Below, in pieces: positions 8,456-14,960 of a DNA stretch of 38,435 bases. The translations under genes and the position numbers were made by a program. The DNA is from a virus (lineage: Duplodnaviria > Caudoviricetes): IMG/VR virus record IMGVR_UViG_3300020045_006043, positions 1-38,435 of that record, one strand, 5' to 3'. The notes beneath the pieces are model-generated. The model was not told the DNA's origin and did no database searches. It saw nothing but the letters and a program-made list of their open reading frames with translations. Every line of letters starts with the position of its first letter. Within the stretch, counting starts at the first letter, position 1.

Positions 8456-8738
8456 TCGCGTGGCCGCGCTTTCCGGGCCTGATAGGGAAGTGGATGCTGA
8501 GATAATGAGGGTGGTTAAGACGGCGAAATTCGTTGCTCCATGCTACACTGCCTCTCTGGATCATGCCATGACATTGGTGCCGGAGGGTTTTGACCGTTGG
8601 GCTGTCACTGCCCGAAATTCGGCTGTCTGCGCACGCTCAGATGGAGTTGAGTATCAAGTGCGCTTACTGGATTGGGTCTTTGCCGCCACTCCCGCCCTCG
8701 CCCTTTGCGCTGCAGCGTTACGCGCGAGAGGGTTGTGA
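8439..8738 (+). CDS. Hypothetical protein (GPDREVDAEI...YTASLD.A..LVP...ATPALALCAAALRA type)
   Basis: GGAGG RBS; recognisable phage accessory pattern. Confidence 0.75.
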   Translation: MQSLSDRVAALSGPDREVDAEIMRVVKTAKFVAPCYTASLDHAMTLVPEGFDRWAVTARNSAVCARSDGVEYQVRLLDWVFAATPALALCAAALRARGL

Positions 8739-8831
8739 GCACCACCCCAACTTACTGGAAAGGAATGAGATTATGGCCGAAATATCGCCACAGCGCATCA
8801 CCTGGGAGGATGTCGCCAAGGAAGCTTTGGA

Positions 8832-9215
8832 ATGACAAAAAACCGAATATACTACATCGACATAGGCCCATATCCTGCGCATATTGGATTTACTGCCTGC
8901 CCCAAGATATTCAGGAAGGAAATGAAGCGCATAAGCGGTGAAAGCGATGTTGTGTTTATGCCAGAACATGCCGCAGCCGCCACGCACGCCCTTCTGAATA
9001 ATGACGGTGAGCTTTGCTGCATTATTACTTATGACAAAACAAGGAATATATCAAAGCCACAAATAGCAGCGCTGCTTGCGCATGAGGCAGTGCATTGTGC
9101 GCAAAAACTATGGGAGCGTATTGGCGAACATAGGCCCGGTGATGAGGCAGAGGCGTATCTTGTGCAGGCTATCACACAAGGATGCCTTGCGCAGCTGTGG
9201 GGTAATGAGGTATAG
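8832..9215 (+). CDS. HExxH (zincin-like) hypothetical protein
   Basis: LLAHEAVH followed by DEAEAY. Confidence 0.7.
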   Translation: MTKNRIYYIDIGPYPAHIGFTACPKIFRKEMKRISGESDVVFMPEHAAAATHALLNNDGELCCIITYDKTRNISKPQIAALLAHEAVHCAQKLWERIGEHRPGDEAEAYLVQAITQGCLAQLWGNEV

Positions 9216-9274
9216 GATGCACAAGACCCCCGCACGCCTCTCTATGAAGCGCACCATGCGGGGGGGGCACTGAA

Positions 9275-9392
9275 TTGCCGGGCCGGCGCTCCGTTAGGGT
9301 CGGGGGACTTGTCGGCCTCCTACTCGTCGCCATGCGAGGATTGGCAAGCTGCGTGACTCCAGTAATGGCTGACAGCCGGGAAAGACCGGCAA
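9275..9392 (+). ncRNA. Candidate multi-stem structured RNA
   Basis: Closing stem TTGCCGG/CCGGCAA; arms GGCCGGC/GTCGGCC, TCC..TCG/CGA-GGA and GCTG/CAGC with CCA-GTAA-TGG (GNRA loop). Confidence 0.55.
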
Positions 9393-9403
9393 CAGTTTCG
9401 AGT

Positions 9404-9528
9404 TAAGCGGGCGGCACGGATGGACGTGCACTGACTGAAAAAGTAGGACCACAAACGGCAGTCAGTTCGACAAACAAGCAGTGGGCGAAATAGTGCGTCC
9501 AAGCCGGTATCAAGCCCGGCCCCGCGTA
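9404..9528 (+). ncRNA. tRNA-like RNA with expanded anticodon loop
   Basis: Acceptor GCGGG/CCCGC; D-arm GCAC-ggatggac-GTGC; stem CTGACTG/CAGTCAG with a 21-nt loop; extra arm; T-arm GCCGG-tatcaagc-CCGGC. Confidence 0.65.
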
Positions 9529-9535
9529 TTGAATT

Positions 9536-9600
9536 GGGTTCTGTCAGGTCTAGGCTTGAACGTCTGATAGAGGTAAGTGAATGATTGCTGCATTCAGCCC
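9536..9600 (+). ncRNA. Candidate three-way-junction RNA
   Basis: GGGT/GCCC closing two hairpins, CTGTCAG/CTGATAG and TGAATG/CATTCA. Confidence 0.4.
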
Positions 9601-9603
9601 TTT

Positions 9604-9650
9604 GGGTGACGGCGGTAGGACCGGGGGAACCTAGTCGGAAGTCGCCACCC
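9604..9650 (+). ncRNA. Candidate long hairpin RNA with purine-rich internal loop
   Basis: GGGTGACGGC/GTCGCCACCC stem, GGTA/GGAA-type internal loop, GGAA tetraloop; followed by TTTCCTTT, so it may also terminate transcription. Confidence 0.45.
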
Positions 9651-9708
9651 TTTCCTTTAAGGTCCACCACCACATTAAAGGTTGTCAGCGCTTTCTTTAA
9701 AGCCCCAC

Positions 9709-9741
9709 AAAACAAAACCCCTTCCATTGCTGGAAAGGGGT
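9709..9741 (-). terminator. Terminator of the late (structure/lysis) operon
   Basis: - strand CCCCTTTCCA-gcaa-TGGAAGGGG then TTTTGTTTT. Confidence 0.75.
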
Positions 9742-9800
9742 ATGATTCGTTTTTACGGTTTTTCGTGTGTTTTTCTTAAATTATCTTTTAATATCAATGG

Positions 9801-10304
9801 CTATCGGGGTGATTCGTTTAACCCAGCTACCCATTCAACAGCACTCTCAAGCTTGGCGGTGTTTTCGGTGCATATCTCAGCGTCCAGCACCGATATTGTT
9901 ATTGTAGCCAACTCGGTTTGCGCGGCGCTTCCTTCAGATACTCCGGCACCGCCACTTGTGGGGCTGGTGTTGGCGGGGCTGCTATGTACACGGGTTTGCA
10001 GTTTTTGGGCGTACACGCGCTCGCGAACATCATTACTGCGCTTGCTATCATCAGCTTTAGTGGCATATTCCGTTTCCTTATTCCTACGGGCTATCTCTGC
10101 ATCGGCCTTAGCCTGTGCGCTTGCCGCTTCACACTTGGCGATCGACGCCTCAAGATTAGCTATCACAGCCGCCGATTTTGCCGTTTCTAGCGCGTGGGAG
10201 TTATTTGCCCACCACAGAGCGCCAAGTAGCCCTAGGCACGCTGTAGACGGCACTAGCCAACGCCAGTTACCCCCTAACCACAAGAGGATGCTTCCGGGGA
10301 TCAT
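9801..10304 (-). CDS. Rz-like inner-membrane spanin
   Basis: N-terminal TM segment, then an Ala-rich coiled coil; last gene of the lysis cassette; contains a nested lipoprotein ORF. Confidence 0.75.
   Translation of the reverse strand: MIPGSILLWLGGNWRWLVPSTACLGLLGALWWANNSHALETAKSAAVIANLEASIAKCEAASAQAKADAEIARRNKETEYATKADDSKRSNDVRERVYAQKLQTRVHSSPANTSPTSGGAGVSEGSAAQTELATITISVLDAEICTENTAKLESAVEWVAGLNESPR
9899..10066 (-). CDS. Rz1-like outer-membrane spanin lipoprotein (55 aa, nested; not in ORF track)
   Basis: MPLKLMIASAVMMFASA-CTPKNCKPVYIAAPPTPAPQVAVPEYLKEAPRKPSWLQ: signal peptide, lipobox-like ASAC, Pro-rich; RBS TAAGGA. Confidence 0.7.
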   Translation of the reverse strand: MPLKLMIASAVMMFASACTPKNCKPVYIAAPPTPAPQVAVPEYLKEAPRKPSWLQ

Positions 10305-13165
10305 GTTGTCACCGTCATGTTGATTACTCTCTCGGTTGTTTCGCCACCGCGCGTAACGCTGAAAGTCACAGGATAGACTGTTGTGCGTCGCATTCCCATA
10401 GTCCCGCTGATAGGGTGAAGGATTTTCCCAAGGTCAGCCGCGAATAAAGCCATGTCCGTATAATCATCCTCGACAAATTGCGTGTAGGTCATCAAGTCGT
10501 TAGCGACAGGTATCACCCCATTGTTGAGCGTGATAGGCCCGTCTAGCACTGCATCGGCGCGGGGGATCGTTGCCACCACATAACTGTCAGGCAATAGTGC
10601 AGACGTGCTAGGTGCCCCCTTAAACGACGCATTTAGGCAATCATATTGCAGGACAGAGGAACCCGTCTGCCCACCTACATGATATTCAATCGTTGCAGGA
10701 ATTGCCGTGATGTTATTGCGAAGCCTCAATCTGCCCGTGATAGGAACCTCAGAACTACCCCATGCCGCACGGTCATAAACCTCAAAGCCGATAGTAGACT
10801 TGCCGTTTGTGCCATCCAGCGGACGCTCCGCAGGCCCTGCATGCGTGCAATGCTCGACAATAAAATCACCATCGTCGGACTTGTACCCGTGGTTGTTATC
10901 CGTCGCATAAACATCGTTGAAGATGGCGCCATAAACCGGACAACCGATGCCGCCATTTGACGGCAGATACACCTGAATGAAATTGCTGTAGCGATTACCA
11001 ACGCCGCCAGTACCATCGTTATATTCAACGCCGCTTGCGTGTAGCGTGTTGTTCCGGCTGACCAGATACACGGGAGCGTCCATCGTATAGTCATAGAGAT
11101 ACTGCCAGACAGTCGTGCCATCTGCGATAGACGAACCTGTGCCAGTTGGCCCAGTGCCGTTAAACTCGCATGTGCCGAGCGTTGTGGCCTCGTATATCTT
11201 GCCGTCATTAATACAGCGCTTATACGTGCTACTAGGGTTTCTCACGCGATAATAGGCATAAGCATAGGTCACGAGATTATCAGGCGAGAATGACCGATGT
11301 TGATAAAGATCGCTATGCACGCCCTCGTTTTCGTACCAATTCAGAACATCGGCATGCTTGCGGAAAGTGTTATTTTCCGAAATGATATAGATGTTATCAT
11401 CCGCAAAGACGCCGCGTGGCTGATCCTCATAATAGGCCGGATTAAACGCCAGAATATCCTGTGCCGTATACTCAGTGACATTATTATAGAAATGCGTGTA
11501 GCGAACACCATGCGCCCGGATAATGTCCGAAACACCGCTAATGATGTTGTCGCGCACGATAAGCTGCTCACCGTGGAACGCCTCAACAACCACAGGGAAC
11601 TTAGCAGCCTCGCCACTGGCCTCGGGATCAGTCGCACCAGACTGGAACGTGTACCCGATATTACAATGATGGATGCACAGCTTAAGATATGTGGAACCAG
11701 TCGGGATGTTGGAGCGCCATAGCCTGTTGGCAGAGCTTGACCCAACAACATCAATATAGCTCAGATCAACACCGTGCGAACAAGACGTAATCTGCCCCAC
11801 CAGCTTAGGGTTGTGCCCCGACGCTTTGGTGACCCATAAGCCGCCCGTTCCGAAGTTTTTCTCATTGCACGTCATCGACGCGCTATAGTCGCCATCTTGG
11901 CATTCCAGCTTGTACCAGCTTGTACCGTCTGGCGTGATAGCATTAAAGGCCGTCACAAAAGATGCAGAGCTGCTACATGTGCTCACCCTGCCCGTTGTGT
12001 CCTGCCCTTCATATCCGGGCCACTCTGTAACCGCATTGCGTGCCAGTTGTTCGCGAACCCAAGCCCTTCCTGATTGCCGCCCGTCAACACCAAGCACTGG
12101 CCGACCTGCTGTGCTATGCACCGTAGCCGATAGATTGGTTGTCCGCGTTGGCCCGTTGCTTGCGTCGGCATCGGTCTGGATAATCGGGATAGTGCGAGAG
12201 CCTGCCAGTGCCTCAGGTATACGCGTGCCAGTGGTTCGCAGATAAAGGATAGCTGATTTAGGATCGCGGAAAACTTCGAGATAGGTATCCCACCCACTGC
12301 CTAATGTGATGGCCTCGGTTGAGCCGTCCACAAAGGGGAGCCGCGCCACAAGAAGGCCAGCAGGATCATTGGCATAGAGGCCGTCAAACACATCACCCAG
12401 ATCATTAGTGACAACCACGTCAACAAGTGTCGGCTGCAACTGCTTCCGCATGATGCATCGCATATTGCCCGCATAGCTCAGGCCCTTCGTGATCGTCACA
12501 TAGCCCTGTGTCACTTCAACCGTGATGGCAGTGTTTGTGCTTTCCCAGTTGGCGGTTGTTACCTCAGCACCAGAGGCGTCAATAACACTACCCCCAGCCG
12601 TGCTGGCGTCGGTGATGATCGCCAGTGGTGTTGCCACCCACCTAAACGCTAAATCGCCGTCAACGATATAAGAACCAGTGCCGCTTGGCCCGGAACCAGC
12701 CGCTGCCGATACGCCGGAACCTTTGCGCAGGATCACTTGATAGATTGAACCATTGGCAAAAACGAATGTGTTCGCACTCCAGCCCGTGCTGTTGGCATAG
12801 GCCACGGGATTACTGACATAGATAGCCTCGCCATCCCATAGAATTATCGCGTTATTGCCAGCACCAGAAGCGCCGGTTGCAAGGCGAATATCATAGGTGC
12901 CGGGACGTTCAAAATCCCAACGGAACTTGTAGGTAAACGAGCCGTTGGCGTGCGTCCCTTTGAGGTAATCCGGGAATGATCCTGATATATCGGACGTGTT
13001 GCCCGTTGGCATAAGGATATTGTAATAGCCATAACCAAGGGCTGGCGTATAGGCCAGAGCATCATCAGTGCATGGCAGCATGTCATAGGTATCGCCGCCG
13101 GTTGTGGCTGATATTGGGCCAAGCGTGGTCCCGCGAAAATATACGCCATCTTTCAATAATGTCAT
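10301..13165 (-). CDS. Large multidomain beta-helix protein (putative polysaccharide depolymerase / head-fibre body)
   Basis: Pectate-lyase-like strands (IHHCNIG, IVRDNIISG, FYNNV, ISENNTF); two G.GP.GTGS.I.DG modules; Ig-like segments; GAGG RBS. Confidence 0.65.
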   Translation of the reverse strand: MTLLKDGVYFRGTTLGPISATTGGDTYDMLPCTDDALAYTPALGYGYYNILMPTGNTSDISGSFPDYLKGTHANGSFTYKFRWDFERPGTYDIRLATGASGAGNNAIILWDGEAIYVSNPVAYANSTGWSANTFVFANGSIYQVILRKGSGVSAAAGSGPSGTGSYIVDGDLAFRWVATPLAIITDASTAGGSVIDASGAEVTTANWESTNTAITVEVTQGYVTITKGLSYAGNMRCIMRKQLQPTLVDVVVTNDLGDVFDGLYANDPAGLLVARLPFVDGSTEAITLGSGWDTYLEVFRDPKSAILYLRTTGTRIPEALAGSRTIPIIQTDADASNGPTRTTNLSATVHSTAGRPVLGVDGRQSGRAWVREQLARNAVTEWPGYEGQDTTGRVSTCSSSASFVTAFNAITPDGTSWYKLECQDGDYSASMTCNEKNFGTGGLWVTKASGHNPKLVGQITSCSHGVDLSYIDVVGSSSANRLWRSNIPTGSTYLKLCIHHCNIGYTFQSGATDPEASGEAAKFPVVVEAFHGEQLIVRDNIISGVSDIIRAHGVRYTHFYNNVTEYTAQDILAFNPAYYEDQPRGVFADDNIYIISENNTFRKHADVLNWYENEGVHSDLYQHRSFSPDNLVTYAYAYYRVRNPSSTYKRCINDGKIYEATTLGTCEFNGTGPTGTGSSIADGTTVWQYLYDYTMDAPVYLVSRNNTLHASGVEYNDGTGGVGNRYSNFIQVYLPSNGGIGCPVYGAIFNDVYATDNNHGYKSDDGDFIVEHCTHAGPAERPLDGTNGKSTIGFEVYDRAAWGSSEVPITGRLRLRNNITAIPATIEYHVGGQTGSSVLQYDCLNASFKGAPSTSALLPDSYVVATIPRADAVLDGPITLNNGVIPVANDLMTYTQFVEDDYTDMALFAADLGKILHPISGTMGMRRTTVYPVTFSVTRGGETTERVINMTVTT

Positions 13166-13410
13166 TGTGGTGCCTCTGTAACATCGAACGCGCCAGTGGT
13201 GGTGTTGAACGTGTATTCAACGCCGGGAGGCAGCCCCGTAGCTGTACCAGCCGTAAATGTGCCGGACCCGCCAGAACTGGTAATGGTCGCGGAATACTCC
13301 TCAAACCATTGTGCGTCAGCGAGTGCGCCTACAATCTCAAGGCCCCCGCCCCCGCCGCCAGTACCCGCAGTTTGCCCCTGCAATCCAAGCCCTAACCCTA
13401 GCCGCATCAT
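13162..13410 (-). CDS. Head-fibre-like anchor protein (82 aa)
   Basis: MMRLGLGLGL N-terminus, Gly linker, then the first half of a putative-Ig (He_PIG-like) domain. Confidence 0.6.
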   Translation of the reverse strand: MMRLGLGLGLQGQTAGTGGGGGGLEIVGALADAQWFEEYSATITSSGGSGTFTAGTATGLPPGVEYTFNTTTGAFDVTEAPQ

Positions 13411-13411
13411 A

Positions 13412-13882
13412 TCAAGAAACCAATTCGTAATGCGGGCCATCAATAAACGCAGTGCGGCCAATCTTGCGCCGCGCATCGACATAATCATTCACCGCCCGCT
13501 TCATCGCAGCCTCGCCCAGTGGCATAAAATTGATTGTTGACCAATTCCCGCCCCAGCGAATTTGCACGTTTTCCTCTCGCGCCGCTTCCTGCATCGCCGC
13601 TGCGATAGGATACATCAGGGGCCACTCCCATCGCGGCTGACTGTTAAACCATGGAACAAGATCAACGGCATGACCATAGTTGTCATCCTGCTTGATATGC
13701 TTGCTATTCAGTGTTTTGGAAACACCCCGTGCGACATAACTTTTCTGTGTGGTGATGCTGCGCAATCCCTCTTGCACCGTGAAGTCTTGGCTTGTCAGCT
13801 TGATTGCACGCTTGACCACTGCCACAAGTTTAGGGTGAACGCCGGTCAGATTAGCGATGGATTTAGAGCCTAGGCTATACAT
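13412..13882 (-). CDS. Endolysin, peptidase M15 family (L-Ala-D-Glu peptidase-like)
   Basis: EGLRS, SKH, GHAVDL, RWGGNW and DGPHYEL motifs. Confidence 0.9.
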   Translation of the reverse strand: MYSLGSKSIANLTGVHPKLVAVVKRAIKLTSQDFTVQEGLRSITTQKSYVARGVSKTLNSKHIKQDDNYGHAVDLVPWFNSQPRWEWPLMYPIAAAMQEAAREENVQIRWGGNWSTINFMPLGEAAMKRAVNDYVDARRKIGRTAFIDGPHYELVS

Positions 13883-14105
13883 CTTTTTTCCCCTGATCAA
13901 CATAGCGCCCGAACACAATCAGGGCGAACAACAGCATGGCAATATAGCGCGTGCCGGGTATCTCAGAGCGCAGATCATCCGGTATCAAAGGCCACGAGGC
14001 CATAAGGATCGTGCCGAAGATGGAAAGCTGCACCGATAGCCAGCGCCACGATTGCCGCCAGTCTGGCACCAGTTTTGTTTTTAGCTTCTCGGTCACGATG
14101 GCCAT
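13875..14105 (-). CDS. Holin-like membrane protein
   Basis: LVPDWRQSWRWLSVQ, two TM segments, charged C-terminus; directly upstream of the endolysin. Confidence 0.75.
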   Translation of the reverse strand: MAIVTEKLKTKLVPDWRQSWRWLSVQLSIFGTILMASWPLIPDDLRSEIPGTRYIAMLLFALIVFGRYVDQGKKDV

Positions 14106-14272
14106 TTCCCCGCGCTATACGCCGCGATGCCAATCAACGCGGTTATGATGATTTTGACGACAGCTCCCCACAAGCCTTTGCCCAAGTCCTGATAGAAGCT
14201 ATCAATCATTTCTTTCCGAAGGCCCTCGACAATCGCCGTCACGTCTGCATCGGTTAGGTTTCGGTCGCTCAT
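14093..14272 (-). CDS. Small membrane protein, holin/antiholin-like (59 aa; not in ORF track)
   Basis: MSDRNLTDADVTAIVEGLRKEMIDSFYQDLGKGLWGAVVKIIITALIGIAAYSAGKWPS; TAATG overlap, AGGA RBS. Confidence 0.7.
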   Translation of the reverse strand: MSDRNLTDADVTAIVEGLRKEMIDSFYQDLGKGLWGAVVKIIITALIGIAAYSAGKWPS

Positions 14273-14697
14273 TAATGCGTCCTATTATGAAATGGATTGA
14301 GGCGATGAAGGCCACTAATATGAGCAACCCCATGCCCTACCCCCCAGAGAAACAGAACCACCATTTGCATTAAAAGCGCAAAATCGAGACCGTAAAGATA
14401 AAAGCCCGCGTCATTGCCTGACCATGCAAAGGCCGTATGCCAGCCGATCATTACCCCATAAATTCCGCCTATGACTTGCTGGTGCCGCCCCAAGGGGTGA
14501 ACCAACACCGCAGCAGCAGCTATGAGGTCCATAGCCCAGAACCACGACCACGGGGTATAGTTACCGCTCAGTTCAACGAATATCTGGCAGACAACCCAAT
14601 TGCCCAGCATGATAAATGCTGTCCGCTGCATAGTGCTATGGTTAAGCAGCAGCGCCATCACGCATAGCAGGCCAAGGGCTATCCCAAATTCAGGCAT
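14272..14697 (-). CDS. Polytopic membrane protein (about 5 TM)
   Basis: Very hydrophobic 141-aa ORF co-oriented with the late operon. Confidence 0.7.
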   Translation of the reverse strand: MPEFGIALGLLCVMALLLNHSTMQRTAFIMLGNWVVCQIFVELSGNYTPWSWFWAMDLIAAAAVLVHPLGRHQQVIGGIYGVMIGWHTAFAWSGNDAGFYLYGLDFALLMQMVVLFLWGVGHGVAHISGLHRLNPFHNRTH

Positions 14698-14782
14698 TTT
14701 TAGTGGCCTTGACTGGCTTCGATGGCTTTACAGCCGCAATTTTCTTTGTGCCTTTTGGTGGCTTTTTCGTTCCGCCGCTCAT
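14690..14782 (-). CDS. Lys/Pro-rich micropeptide (30 aa; not in ORF track)
   Basis: MSGGTKKPPKGTKKIAAVKPSKPVKATKNA; AAGGAG RBS; overlaps both neighbours. Confidence 0.55.
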   Translation of the reverse strand: MSGGTKKPPKGTKKIAAVKPSKPVKATKNA

Positions 14783-14958
14783 TCTTCTGCTCCTTTCGGT
14801 TGTGCACTTTGCGCGTCGGCTTGCGCCTCAATCTGCGCATTGATAAGGTTCAACATAGGGATGCACATGCGCCCCGGCAATTCATGCAGGCCCAGCACAA
14901 TCGCGTTAAGCTGTTCTCGCGTTAGTGTCAGTGTTACGGTTTCCATTTCCATCGTCAT
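14779..14958 (-). CDS. Small tailspike-associated protein / chaperone (59 aa; not in ORF track)
   Basis: MTMEMETVTLTLTREQLNAIVLGLHELPGRMCIPMLNLINAQIEAQ...; starts 2 nt after the tailspike stop. Confidence 0.7.
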   Translation of the reverse strand: MTMEMETVTLTLTREQLNAIVLGLHELPGRMCIPMLNLINAQIEAQADAQSAQPKGAEE

Positions 14959-14960
14959 TC

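Noticed and set aside
9447-9454. Loop GACCACAA complementary to TTGTGGTC at 5859-5866
   Set aside because: An 8-nt match is expected about once by chance, and the site overlaps the -10 box, so it is probably not transcribed
9404-9528. Canonical tRNA gene
   Set aside because: No 7-nt anticodon loop, T-loop is not TTCRANY, no CCA; kept only as a tRNA-like RNA
9560-9600. Hammerhead ribozyme suggested by CTGATAGA
   Set aside because: The core does not match CUGANGA and there is no correctly placed GAAA
9320-9727. 135-aa - strand ORF over the RNA array
   Set aside because: Starts inside the late-operon terminator, has no RBS and is not protein-like; the region is better explained by + strand RNA structure
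9682-10323. 213-aa + strand ORF
   Set aside because: Antisense shadow of the Rz/Rz1 genes
13150-13185. Canonical -1 programmed frameshift joining the two fibre ORFs
   Set aside because: No X XXY YYZ slippery heptamer before the stop, and the downstream ORF has its own RBS; non-canonical recoding is not excluded
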